From NCBI GenBank assembly GCA_036679065.1, contig JAZIGN010000003.1, positions 128,001-192,000 on the forward strand: a DNA stretch of 64,000 nucleotides, given 5' to 3'. How positions within the stretch are numbered: position 1 is the first letter of the stretch; the number at the start of each line of letters is the position of its first letter. A program made the position numbers and the translations under genes. This document shows, piece after piece, positions 51,701 to 60,607 of this stretch. A model generated the notes under the pieces. That model searched no databases. It was not told where the DNA came from and saw only the letters and a list, made by a program, of their open reading frames with translations. This DNA comes from Coprothermobacterota bacterium (GTDB lineage Bacteria > Coprothermobacterota > Coprothermobacteria > Coprothermobacterales > Coprothermobacteraceae).

Positions 51701-53677
51701 AGTATCTTCCTTACCCCATGGGAAGGGCACCCTCATGAATGGATCATCGGTTATGGGCCTGTCCTTATTGCAACCAAACTCCCCTTCGTTGGTTGCTCCA
51801 GCCTCGTCACCGTAGAAGGTGGTAGGTGCTCCGGGTATGGTATAGAGGAAGAACGATAATGCCTTCATTGCATCTTTTGCCTTCTCATCCCAGGTGTTTG
51901 TTAAGTAGTACAGCGGTCTGGCTGCATCGTGGCTGTCCACCAGGTTCATCATGGCGTAGAAAGCTTCTCTGGGATAATCATTCTTCATCTGCAGGTAGTT
52001 TTGCCAGAAATCCTCTTGAGTCATTTCCTTTTTCAGGAAGAATCCCTGGAACTTCGGATTTGTTCCAGCATGGTCGTTATCCCAGTCGCCTATGAGTAAA
52101 GACCTGACCCTGTAGTTCATGGCGCTGTCAAAGGAATCGCCAAGCACCATGGGAATTACTTGGTCGTAATGATCCCAAACCTCGGCAATCATGACGTTAT
52201 CGGGGTCCAATGCTTTCAAGGCCTTACGCATCTCTCTGGTAAAGCCCATAGGCACTTGCATGGCTACGTCCACGCGCCATCCAGAGCTACCTAGTTCATG
52301 CCAGTACTTCATGACATTCTTTTCACCAGTTAGGAAGAACTCCTGCACCTTGGGATTGAGCACGTTGATAATGGGCATGGCGCTGAATCCTGCCCAGCCC
52401 TGCCACTTATCGGGCCACTCAGTGAACGTGTACCAATCAAAGAAAGGAGATTCCTGACTTTCATGTGCACCAACAGTGCTGTAGGCACCTTTCACATCAA
52501 AGTACAGGGAATCATCTCCGCTGTGATCAGGTGTGATGTCGTTTATGATCTTTATGCCACGCTTAGCTGCTTCTTCAGTAAGCTTCTTAAAGGTTTCTGC
52601 ATCGCCTAAACGCGGGTCCACAGCAAAATAGCTGGCTGGATCGTACCTGTGAGTGGTTTCTGACGGGAAAATGGGGTTCAGGTAAATAGCTGTAACCCCT
52701 AAGCTCTTTAGGTAATCCAGCTCTTCAATAATGCCCTCTAAATCGCCACCGTAAAACCGGTAAGAGTCAACGTAACCGCATTTCTTGCTTCCATCAGTCA
52801 TGGTGACAGTTGTCCAAGAGGTAACGGGATCAGTCCAGTTTGCACCCTGTATGAGCTGACCCAGGTAATCGCCTGGCAGTGTGAAATCTTCATCGAAATA
52901 ATCATCGTGGAAAGTGAACTTCTGCCCTTCTTCAGTTACGTCATTCTCCGGGTTACCGTTTTTGAACCGATCAGGAAATATTTGGTAAATGACAGCATTC
53001 TTAAGCCAATCAGGCGTTGTGAAATCCGGATCATAAACTGTCAGTCTGCCTTCACCCACCTGACGTTTCTTGCTACCGTCGTAAGCGTATGCCACATACT
53101 GGTACCAAGTTACCTCGTTGGCACTAAACTTGTAAGTCCAAATGTCGTAGAAACCATCATTGCTTTCTGCTACCTTTGTAAGTTCAACGTCTTTTACGGC
53201 TTTTGGTTTGCCGCTGGTAGATGCTTGTTCGTCGCTTAAGCCCCTGTCACTTAGCGTTAGCACGACTTTGCTTACGTCCCTGCGTGGAGTGTAAACATAG
53301 AAGGTGACTTCAGTTCCCGCTGGTACAGCGCCCTCAGGATAACGAATTAGTTTCACATCTTCCAGGACCACACCATCACTCTTAAGCGGCAATAGCTTGT
53401 AGTTAAATGCACCATCGTGATAATTCACAACTAACAGCCTCTCTCCTACAACAGAAATCTCCTGCTCGTGGGCGGGTAGAGTTCCCCCACTAGCTGTGAA
53501 CTTCTTAACCTCAGGTGTTACCGTGGCGCTGGCCACATAGTAGCCGTCACGGTACAGAAACGGCACGCTGTGGTCACCTACAGTCAAAACTGGCTCTTCC
53601 TGTGCTCTAACTAGCCCTACTGGCAAAATAGTCAGGCAAAGGAGAAATACCAGTGCCCAACTGAATACTTTTTTCAC
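48746..53677 (-). CDS. Extracellular GH13 amylopullulanase/neopullulanase-like enzyme with 2 glucodextranase DOMON-like domains and a C-terminal stalk domain
   Basis: YQIFPDRF, GGDLEG, WRVDVA, AEVW, DSHD catalytic regions; 2x DPEGDDYGPGYYTYPT; GTG start at 53677. Confidence 0.9.
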   Translation of the reverse strand: MKKVFSWALVFLLCLTILPVGLVRAQEEPVLTVGDHSVPFLYRDGYYVASATVTPEVKKFTASGGTLPAHEQEISVVGERLLVVNYHDGAFNYKLLPLKSDGVVLEDVKLIRYPEGAVPAGTEVTFYVYTPRRDVSKVVLTLSDRGLSDEQASTSGKPKAVKDVELTKVAESNDGFYDIWTYKFSANEVTWYQYVAYAYDGSKKRQVGEGRLTVYDPDFTTPDWLKNAVIYQIFPDRFKNGNPENDVTEEGQKFTFHDDYFDEDFTLPGDYLGQLIQGANWTDPVTSWTTVTMTDGSKKCGYVDSYRFYGGDLEGIIEELDYLKSLGVTAIYLNPIFPSETTHRYDPASYFAVDPRLGDAETFKKLTEEAAKRGIKIINDITPDHSGDDSLYFDVKGAYSTVGAHESQESPFFDWYTFTEWPDKWQGWAGFSAMPIINVLNPKVQEFFLTGEKNVMKYWHELGSSGWRVDVAMQVPMGFTREMRKALKALDPDNVMIAEVWDHYDQVIPMVLGDSFDSAMNYRVRSLLIGDWDNDHAGTNPKFQGFFLKKEMTQEDFWQNYLQMKNDYPREAFYAMMNLVDSHDAARPLYYLTNTWDEKAKDAMKALSFFLYTIPGAPTTFYGDEAGATNEGEFGCNKDRPITDDPFMRVPFPWGKEDTNLQEWYKNLGAVRNEYSFLRTGEIQPLVVEGSDRVIAYLRYDENGTALALFNGSDETATVSVDVGYYLKEDAALKGVIGEDMKLEGGILTLTLKPFETRLAVTTDSVSKADQIDLKGAFDGQKVTLTFSGNAVVEKRDLTTGEVTTLEAKDGLEDVARAGHKYIYTVSVLEDNIKVAEGTYTAEIAGQEEVEPPIEAEEEEPEVPAAVLTPVVIEDPEGDDYGPGYYTYPTDPVFKDGDFDLLKFELGLYEGSYTATYTVGNLDNAWGSDNGLSKATYFLFIDNKADEGTTQGIEGLNISFAENFKWDVAMQIEGWESKVYKVSSGEINAVNAADLGVEIKGTEGAPGQVVVNIPKDVVGELTAESKIMVMVAGQDGFGTNRIRQVTPEAQQWRFGGGNEEGTAPAVIDMIVPEGMKQEEILDYKTKAVTIPGVSLKPWIQVPSVAVLTPVVIEDPEGDDYGPGYYTYPTDPVFKDGDFDLLKFELGLYEGSYTATYTVGNLDNVWASPNGLSKATYFLFIDNKADEGTTQGIEGLNISFAENFKWDVALQIEGWENKVYKVSSGEINAVNAADLGVEIKGTEGAPGQVVVNIPKDVVGELTAESKIMVMVAGQDGFGTNRIRQVTPEAQQWRFGGGNEEGTAPAVIDMIVPEGMKQEEILDYKTKAVTIPGVSLKPFFITEGEERLTILTPQDNTVVNTMQVDITVKVLDANLKQVIIGEKAFDVAEGENVLTGVALPNEGENLIEITDEAGRVLASVKVIRDTVPPQMEILSPKEKDLLTERLVAVTAKTEPRVKVQLELLAPGNLAADPVITNADAEGNVKVDAAFRAFVGLNIMKVTVTDSAGNSSVTYRLFAYDRQHTAVLTIGSKQMDVNVDTYELDVAPYIKEGYTMVPLRFVAEAFGAKVGWDDATKTVTIDFAGHNMKVVIGSTEAVVDGETVTMPLPAEIVNSRTMVPVRFISEAFGFTVKWDGVARTVTITYP
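49669..51082. repeat. Two tandem intragenic repeats, 717-bp period
   Basis: Near-identical DNA offset by 717 nt (e.g. 49669 vs 50386). Confidence 0.95.
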
Positions 53678-53702
53678 AACTCTCACCCCCAACTTCACAA
53701 GA

Positions 53703-53730
53703 GGGGGCACGACCTATTAGCCGTGCCCCC
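53703..53730. other. Intergenic hairpin inside the starch operon
   Basis: GGGGGCACG / CGTGCCCCC stem. Confidence 0.6.
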
Positions 53731-53744
53731 GTGAAACACTTTCC

Positions 53745-56700
53745 TTACGGGTACGTAACAGTAATTACCTTAGTACTATCGTCCCACTTTACGGTAAAGC
53801 CGAAAGCTTCACTAATGAAGCGCACTGGTACCATGGTGCGGCTGTTTACAATCTCTGCTGGTAGTGGCATGGTTACTGTTTCATCGTCTACCACGGCTTC
53901 AGCACTACCTATGACCACCTTTATGTGGTGACCTGCAAAGTCTATGTCAACTGTCTTTGTCCCATCATCCCAGCCCACCTTTGCTCCAAATGCCTCTGCC
54001 ACAAAACGCAGAGGAACCATGGTGTAACCATTCTTTATGTACGGTGCTACGTCCAGTTCATAGCTGTCCACGTTCACATCCATCTGCTTTGAGCCAATCG
54101 TCAGTATTGCGGTATGAGGTCTGTCGTAGGCAAATAGCCTGTAAGCCACAGCGCTGTTTCCAGCACTATCAGTAACCGTGACTTTCATTATGTTCAGTCC
54201 AACAAAAGCCCTGAAAGCCACGTCCACACTAACCTTTCCAGAGGAATCTGCAGATGTATTGATCACATCAGCTTGACTTCCATCTGGAGCGCTCAGGCTT
54301 AGTGTGACTTTGACGTTGGGTTCCGTTTGTAACTTTACCGCAACCTTTCTATCAGTGAGCACAACGCCTTCCTTGGGCTCTTCGATGCTCACTGTTGGAG
54401 GTGTCGTATCTCTAATCACTGTTATCTGAGCCAATTGATTCCCGTTCTCGTCCATTATGGAAATTACGTTTTCACCCTCATTTGGCAGTGCAACCTGCGG
54501 GATGTCGTTTTCGCCGCTCGTCACGTCAAAAGATTGTTCACCAATAACAATCTTCGTAAGGTTCTCGACCAGCACTTTAATTTTTAGGTCCACTGTGAGT
54601 TGATTGGTCACAGTGCCGTCCTGAGGCGCTAACACCCTAACTTTGGTAACAGAGGGCAGGAAATCTGCTATGGAGATGCCAGGAAGCGCAACGGTGTGGT
54701 CCTTGTAGTTCAGTATGTCTTCCTGCTTCATACCTTCTGGTACTACCATGTCCATCACCTTGGGTGAGCTTTCAGTTCCTCCTCCAAAGCTCCATTCCCC
54801 TGCTTCCTCTGCATAGCCCCTTAACCGGTTTGTCCCATAACCATCTTGACCTGTTACCCATGCTATGAACTTGCTGCTCTCATTTAACTCCCCTAATACC
54901 GCCTTAGGTATCGTCACTACTACCTCGCCTGGTCCTCCTGCTTCATCCTCTACTACAGTGGTAGCTGTTATACCTGCTTCACTCATCAGTGTGCTCGTTA
55001 TTGTGTCTCCTGCTGCTGTGTATATCTTGCTCTCCCATCCTTCTATCTGCAATCCTATGTTCCACTTGAAGTTCTCTGCAAAGCTTACGTTCGTCCCTTC
55101 TACTCCCTTTGTGCTTCCACCTTCGGCTCCTGTGCTGAAGAATAGGAAGAACGTCTGCTTGCTAAAGCCTGTGGCTCCTCCCCATGGGTTGTCTATGTTC
55201 GCTACCTTGAATGTGGCTACATAGTTATCTCCTTCTGCCTTTAGCTCAAAACCCAGCAGGTCAAAGTCTCCAGCTTTAAATACTGCGTTCGTGGGATATG
55301 TGTACCACCCTGGACCGTAATCGTCTCCTTCAGGATCCGCTATGCTCAGAGAAGTAAAGGTGGGTTTCATGTAGTCACCGACTAGTATGCCAGGAAGCGC
55401 AACAGTGTGGTCCTTGTAGTTCAGTATGTCTTCCTGCTTCATACCTTCTGGTACTACCATGTCCATCACCTTGGGTGAGCTTTCAGTTCCTCCTCCAAAG
55501 CTCCATTCCCCTGCTTCCTCTGCATAGCCCCTTAACCGGTTTGTCCCATAACCATCTTGACCTGTTACCCATGCTATGAACTTGCTGCTCTCATTTAACT
55601 CCCCTAATACCGCCTTAGGTATCGTCACTACTACCTCGCCTGGTCCTCCTGCTTCATCCTCTACTACAGTGGTAGCTGTTATACCTGCTTCACTCATCAG
55701 TGTGCTCGTTATTGTGTCTCCTGCTGCTGTGTATATCTTGCTCTCCCATCCTTCTATCTGCAATCCTATGTTCCACTTGAAGTTCTCTGCAAAGCTTACG
55801 TTCGTCCCTTCTACTCCCTTTGTGCTTCCACCTTCGGCTCCTGTGCTGAAGAATAGGAAGAACGTCTGCTTGCTAAAGCCTGTGGCTCCTCCCCATGGGT
55901 TGTCTATGTTCGCTACCTTGAATGTGGCTACATAGTTATCTCCTTCTGCCTTTAGCTCAAAACCCAGCAGGTCAAAGTCTCCAGCTTTAAATACTGCGTT
56001 CGTGGGATATGTGTACCACCCTGGACCGTAATCGTCTCCTTCAGGATCCGCTATGCTCAGAGAAGTAAAGGTGGGTTTCATGTAGTCACCGACTAGTATG
56101 CCAGGAAGCGCAACAGTGTGGTCCTTGTAGTTCAGTATGTCTTCCTGCTTCATACCTTCTGGTACTACCATGTCCATCACCTTGGGTGAGCTTTCAGTTC
56201 CTCCTCCAAAGCTCCATTCCCCTGCTTCCTCTGCATAGCCCCTTAACCGGTTTGTCCCATAACCATCTTGACCTGTTACCCATGCTATGAACTTGCTGCT
56301 CTCATTTAACTCCCCTAATACCGCCTTAGGTATCGTCACTACTACCTCGCCTGGCCCTCCTGCTTCATCCTCTACTACAGTGGTAGCTGTTATACCTACT
56401 TCACTCATCAGTGTGCTCGTTATTGTGTCTCCTGCTGCTGTGTATATCTTGCTCTCCCATCCTTCTATCTGCAATCCTATGTTCCACTTGAAGTTCTCTG
56501 CAAAGCTTACGTTCGTCCCTTCTACTCCCTTTGTGCTTCCACCTTCGGCTCCTGTGCTGAAGAATAGGAAGAACGTCTGCTTGCTAAAGCCTGTGGCTCC
56601 TCCCCATGGGTTGTCTATGTTCGCTACCTTGAATGTGGCTACATAGTTATCTCCTTCTGCCTTCAGCTCAAAACCCAGTAGGTCGAAGTCTCCAGCTTTA

Positions 56701-56894
56701 AACACTGCGTTCGTGGGGTATGTGTACCACCCTGGACCGTAATCGTCTCCTTCAGGATCCGCTATGCTAATGCTGAATGAAGTCGGTGCAGAGCTTATTA
56801 AAATAGGTTCTTCCGCTTTTACTACCATCGGTATGCAGGTCATGGCTAATACCAATGCCACAATTCCTGCAATGAATTTCTTCATACTTGCCAC
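53745..56894 (-). CDS. Non-catalytic secreted protein: 3 glucodextranase DOMON-like domains, Ig-like region and stalk domain
   Basis: Signal peptide; 3x DPEGDDYGPGWYTYPT; no GH motifs; C-terminus paralogous to 48746-53677. Confidence 0.85.
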   Translation of the reverse strand: MASMKKFIAGIVALVLAMTCIPMVVKAEEPILISSAPTSFSISIADPEGDDYGPGWYTYPTNAVFKAGDFDLLGFELKAEGDNYVATFKVANIDNPWGGATGFSKQTFFLFFSTGAEGGSTKGVEGTNVSFAENFKWNIGLQIEGWESKIYTAAGDTITSTLMSEVGITATTVVEDEAGGPGEVVVTIPKAVLGELNESSKFIAWVTGQDGYGTNRLRGYAEEAGEWSFGGGTESSPKVMDMVVPEGMKQEDILNYKDHTVALPGILVGDYMKPTFTSLSIADPEGDDYGPGWYTYPTNAVFKAGDFDLLGFELKAEGDNYVATFKVANIDNPWGGATGFSKQTFFLFFSTGAEGGSTKGVEGTNVSFAENFKWNIGLQIEGWESKIYTAAGDTITSTLMSEAGITATTVVEDEAGGPGEVVVTIPKAVLGELNESSKFIAWVTGQDGYGTNRLRGYAEEAGEWSFGGGTESSPKVMDMVVPEGMKQEDILNYKDHTVALPGILVGDYMKPTFTSLSIADPEGDDYGPGWYTYPTNAVFKAGDFDLLGFELKAEGDNYVATFKVANIDNPWGGATGFSKQTFFLFFSTGAEGGSTKGVEGTNVSFAENFKWNIGLQIEGWESKIYTAAGDTITSTLMSEAGITATTVVEDEAGGPGEVVVTIPKAVLGELNESSKFIAWVTGQDGYGTNRLRGYAEEAGEWSFGGGTESSPKVMDMVVPEGMKQEDILNYKDHTVALPGISIADFLPSVTKVRVLAPQDGTVTNQLTVDLKIKVLVENLTKIVIGEQSFDVTSGENDIPQVALPNEGENVISIMDENGNQLAQITVIRDTTPPTVSIEEPKEGVVLTDRKVAVKLQTEPNVKVTLSLSAPDGSQADVINTSADSSGKVSVDVAFRAFVGLNIMKVTVTDSAGNSAVAYRLFAYDRPHTAILTIGSKQMDVNVDSYELDVAPYIKNGYTMVPLRFVAEAFGAKVGWDDGTKTVDIDFAGHHIKVVIGSAEAVVDDETVTMPLPAEIVNSRTMVPVRFISEAFGFTVKWDDSTKVITVTYP
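54676..56768. repeat. Three tandem intragenic repeats, 711-bp period, almost identical
   Basis: Same sequence at 54676, 55387 and 56098. Confidence 0.97.
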
Positions 56895-56914
56895 CTCCTC
56901 TTTCTGATATTGTT

Positions 56915-57784
56915 TTACTTAATAGCTCCTCTGAGCAATCCACTTAGAAGGTACCGCTGCAAGAACAAGAACAAAAGTGTTACAGGCACAGCAATAATTA
57001 AAGATGCTGCGGCGAATTTAGCCCACGGTATACCAAAAGGATTAGTAATGGATAAGTTGATCCATAGAGGCAAAGTGTAAAGCTTCGGATTACTCAGGAA
57101 CGTCATGGCAGTAACGAACTCCAGCCAAGCTCCCATGAAAATAAACAGCGCTGTTACAGCGATGCCGGGAGTAGCCAGTGGTAAGATGATTCTCCAAAAA
57201 ATCGTGAAGGAACCAGCCCCATCAATCATGGCAGCTTCATCCAACTCTTTGGGTATAGCATCAAAAAACCCTTTCATATTCCAAACTGAGAAAGCTAAGC
57301 CTCCAGCTCCGTAAATTATTATGAGCGCCCAGTGCACCTTAGGGATCCCCAAAAACGGTTCCTCACTGAGCAAGCCAATCCTAAGAAAGATGACAAAAAG
57401 TGGTATTAAGCCCACCACACTGGGAAACATTTGCGAAATGATGTAATAGTAGTAGAAAGGTCCTTTGCCAGGGAACTCAAAGCGACTAAAAGCATAGGCA
57501 GCTAATGTTGCCAAAATCACACCAATCACCGTGGCAAGTACCGAGATTTTTATGGAGTTAATGAACGCTGTATAAAAGTTTTCATCTTTGAAAATATTGA
57601 CATAGTTAGCAAGCGTAGCACCCTCTGGCCAAAGCTCCAATTTCGGCGTAGCAAGAATGTCAAAGGGCCTTAGTGAAGTGGTGAAGATCCAATAAATGGG
57701 AAACAGCACAGCAATGCAGGCAACGATGATCAACCCGTATGTGTAAAATACTTCAAACCAAGATGGTTTCTGCTTCAAAGCCAC
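56915..57784 (-). CDS. Maltodextrin ABC permease (MalG-like)
   Basis: MKGFFDAIPKELDEAAMIDGA EAA motif. Confidence 0.9.
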   Translation of the reverse strand: MALKQKPSWFEVFYTYGLIIVACIAVLFPIYWIFTTSLRPFDILATPKLELWPEGATLANYVNIFKDENFYTAFINSIKISVLATVIGVILATLAAYAFSRFEFPGKGPFYYYYIISQMFPSVVGLIPLFVIFLRIGLLSEEPFLGIPKVHWALIIIYGAGGLAFSVWNMKGFFDAIPKELDEAAMIDGAGSFTIFWRIILPLATPGIAVTALFIFMGAWLEFVTAMTFLSNPKLYTLPLWINLSITNPFGIPWAKFAAASLIIAVPVTLLFLFLQRYLLSGLLRGAIK

Positions 57785-57790
57785 AGCGCA

Positions 57791-58711
57791 TCACTCCTTC
57801 ACCAAGTTCTGTATTTGCAGGTTCAGCAAGGACAATAGCAGGAGCACCAAAAAGACCAAATAACCCATAGCGGCAGCCATACCCCAGGAGTTTGGATACT
57901 GGAACGCTGTCTTGTAAATCTTGGTTATAAGCAGGTCAGTAGCTCCCATAACCTTTTGCTGACCAGCCAAGGTGACCACAGTTTGAGGACCTCCCTGAGT
58001 TATAAGGTAAATCACATCAAACTTATTGAAGGTCCAGATTATACCTAAGACAATAGCTGGCACCATAGTACGAAGAAGCAGAGGTAGCGTTATATAGCGT
58101 GTGGTCTGCCAAGGAGATGCTCCATCAACGTAAGCCGCTTCTTGAATCTCTTCTGGGATGGAGTTTAGACCACCTAAAGCAATAAGCATCATGAAGGGCA
58201 CACCCAACCACACGTTGGTGAGCACTACCGCCACGAAAGCCCAAGTAGGGTTGCTGAGCCACGGAATAGGGTTTAAGCCTACCATTTGAAGTAGCTGATT
58301 CAGAGCTCCAAACTGCTCGTTGAACATGGCATGCCACACTTGTATGGAAATAAAAGAAGGAATTGCCCAAGGCAGTATGAGAATGAGCCGGAAAATGGGC
58401 TTAAGCTTCAGCCATGGTTTTGAAAGGAGCATAGCAAAAACAATACCCAGAGAAACGTGCAAGAACACATTGATGACGGTCCAGATGACGGTTCTGTAAG
58501 TGAGAATCCAAGTTTCTGGGTCATGAAGCATGGCTGAAAAGTTGGCGAAGCCGACAAACTTGTACTCCTTGGACAGGTAATTGAACACAGACATGTCAGT
58601 GAACGCAATGGAAACGCCAAAGAACAAGGGATAAACAGATACGAGCAAAATCGCTATCATGGCGGGCGCTATGAAGCCGTATGCGGTGAGCCATTCTCTG
58701 ACTTTACTCAT
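57791..58711 (-). CDS. Maltodextrin ABC permease (MalF-like)
   Basis: ILPWAIPSFIS, EAAYVDGAS, GATDLLIT. Confidence 0.9.
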   Translation of the reverse strand: MSKVREWLTAYGFIAPAMIAILLVSVYPLFFGVSIAFTDMSVFNYLSKEYKFVGFANFSAMLHDPETWILTYRTVIWTVINVFLHVSLGIVFAMLLSKPWLKLKPIFRLILILPWAIPSFISIQVWHAMFNEQFGALNQLLQMVGLNPIPWLSNPTWAFVAVVLTNVWLGVPFMMLIALGGLNSIPEEIQEAAYVDGASPWQTTRYITLPLLLRTMVPAIVLGIIWTFNKFDVIYLITQGGPQTVVTLAGQQKVMGATDLLITKIYKTAFQYPNSWGMAAAMGYLVFLVLLLLSLLNLQIQNLVKE

Positions 58712-58776
58712 GTCCAGTCTTCCTCTCTCTTATATTCTTATCTCATCAGCCAAATGGTCCATTTCACTTTTCACGT

Positions 58777-58829
58777 GTGGGCAGGGCGACCGCTACAACT
58801 TGCTATGCGATTCTTGTCGCCCTGCCCAC
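58777..58829. other. Strong hairpin between the binding-protein and permease genes
   Basis: 14-bp stem GTGGGCAGGGCGAC / GTCGCCCTGCCCAC. Confidence 0.7.
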
Positions 58830-58856
58830 CTTTTGTCGTTGACAATAGCCCTATAG

Positions 58857-60479
58857 TTACTTACTTATTTGTTCCGTTATCTGCTGGTAAGCTTGGTTAG
58901 CAGCTTCTTGTGGACTGAGTTTGCCCTGATACACTGTGGGCAGAATCTGGTTAACTACAGACCATACTGCTTGCATCTCAGGTGCATTTGGTATGGGAAC
59001 ACCCTTCGCCGCCTGCGCTGAGAATACCTTTATAATGGGGTCATTGGCAACTGCAGTGTCGCTGTAAGCATTTACTGCTGCTGGCACATGGCCTATCTGC
59101 TTACCCAGGTAAGCTGCAGCATCAAAGTTAGATTGTCCCGGAGTGGCTCCCGTGAAGAACTTCATAAACTCTAATGCCGCCGGTTTATTCTTAGCGTACT
59201 TGGAAAGCATTGTAGACTCAATGGTTACGAATGGCTTACCACCCGGTATGACCATAACGCCCATTTTGTCACCTAATGCCTTCTTCAGGTTAGCGTACTC
59301 CCACGGTCCTGTAATAAAGAAAGCTGCCTTCTTGTTGGTGAACAAGCTCATGGATGTGCCGTAATCAGGTAACGACGACGGCATGACACCCTTGTTTTTC
59401 ATATCCACCAATGCCTGGAATGCCTTTACTGCACCGGCATTCTTTATTGGGGAAACATCCTTGTAATTAGTGCCGTTGAACACCCCTCCGCCCATGCCAA
59501 AATGCAGCCAACTTTCATGGTAGAAGTTGCCGGCATCAAAGACTAATGGGCTTCCTCCTGGTACGGGGTACTTTTGATGTGCATTAAGTAAATCGTTTAT
59601 GGACGTAGGCAATGTTTTAACAAAGTCTTTGTTGTAGAACAATGCGTCAGACTTTACTGACTCAGGTAAACCGTAAACCTTGCCAGCATATGAAACACCC
59701 TCCACAGAAGTGGTAAGGTAGTTAGCTCTGAGCACCAGTGTAGAAATATCTATGGGATCTATAAGCCCAGCCTTAGCAAACTGCCCTATCCAGTCGTGAG
59801 GTCCGATGACAATATCGGGGCCTTGTCCCTGAGGAGCAGCAGTAAGAAACTTGTTCTGTAGGTTGTTGAAGTCCACTGGAACTTGGTTCACTACTACATT
59901 TGGATAAGCTTTCTGGAACTCAGCAATGATTTTGTCCAATGCATCAGCCTCTGCAGTTCCTAAGCCCCAGCCATGCCACACGGTAATTGTGCCTTTTACA
60001 TTCTTGTTCACCGGCATGGCAGTGTCGAAGTTGGAAACAAGTACACGGTAGCTAACAGGATCCCACTTCACCTTGTAGCCCAACTGCTCTGATACAAATC
60101 TTACAGGAACCATGGTTCGACTATTGATGATCTTCGCTGGCACATCGATGGTTACTGTTTTGCCGTTAACAAGGACCTTATTGGAATTGATAGTTAAAAT
60201 GATAGTCTTGGTTCCCTGTGCAATGGTTACTTGACGCTTTACATCGTTCCAAGTGACCTTTGCTCCCATCTGTTCACTGATGAACCTTACAGGAACCAAG
60301 GTTCTAGAATTCTGTATGACTGGTGGTGAATCCAACTTCACTGGGGCAGTGTTTACATAAGCGGTAGTATCTCCTATGTACAATTCTAGAAGTTTGTTGG
60401 TTTGAGCAGTGGCTGGTAACACGGCTGCGAAGGCCACCAGCAGTGCAGCAATTACTAGGATGGTTAAAGTCTTTTTCAT
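58857..60479 (-). CDS. Maltodextrin-binding protein fused to an N-terminal stalk domain
   Basis: SPI-type signal without a lipobox; RTLVPVRF/RTMVPVRF domain, then ITVWHG, GPDIVIGPHDWIG, PNAPEMQAVW. Confidence 0.9.
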   Translation of the reverse strand: MKKTLTILVIAALLVAFAAVLPATAQTNKLLELYIGDTTAYVNTAPVKLDSPPVIQNSRTLVPVRFISEQMGAKVTWNDVKRQVTIAQGTKTIILTINSNKVLVNGKTVTIDVPAKIINSRTMVPVRFVSEQLGYKVKWDPVSYRVLVSNFDTAMPVNKNVKGTITVWHGWGLGTAEADALDKIIAEFQKAYPNVVVNQVPVDFNNLQNKFLTAAPQGQGPDIVIGPHDWIGQFAKAGLIDPIDISTLVLRANYLTTSVEGVSYAGKVYGLPESVKSDALFYNKDFVKTLPTSINDLLNAHQKYPVPGGSPLVFDAGNFYHESWLHFGMGGGVFNGTNYKDVSPIKNAGAVKAFQALVDMKNKGVMPSSLPDYGTSMSLFTNKKAAFFITGPWEYANLKKALGDKMGVMVIPGGKPFVTIESTMLSKYAKNKPAALEFMKFFTGATPGQSNFDAAAYLGKQIGHVPAAVNAYSDTAVANDPIIKVFSAQAAKGVPIPNAPEMQAVWSVVNQILPTVYQGKLSPQEAANQAYQQITEQISK

Positions 60480-60607
60480 AACAATTCAACCTCCCTCCAA
60501 GAGTTATCTAAACAATTTATACCACAGTTTAAGGGAAGTATATGCTATGTTAATAACATTTAATTAATGTGATCTCCTGCGGAAGTGTTCTTTGCTGCCT
60601 TTGTCGC

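Noticed and set aside
48746..54220. Diversity-generating retroelement TR/VR pair between the similar 3' ends of the two starch genes
   Set aside because: No reverse transcriptase in the window, and the differences look mostly synonymous rather than adenine-specific
54865..56646. Three repeated 119-aa plus-strand ORFs (and the pair at 49755 and 50472)
   Set aside because: Antisense shadows of the intragenic tandem repeats
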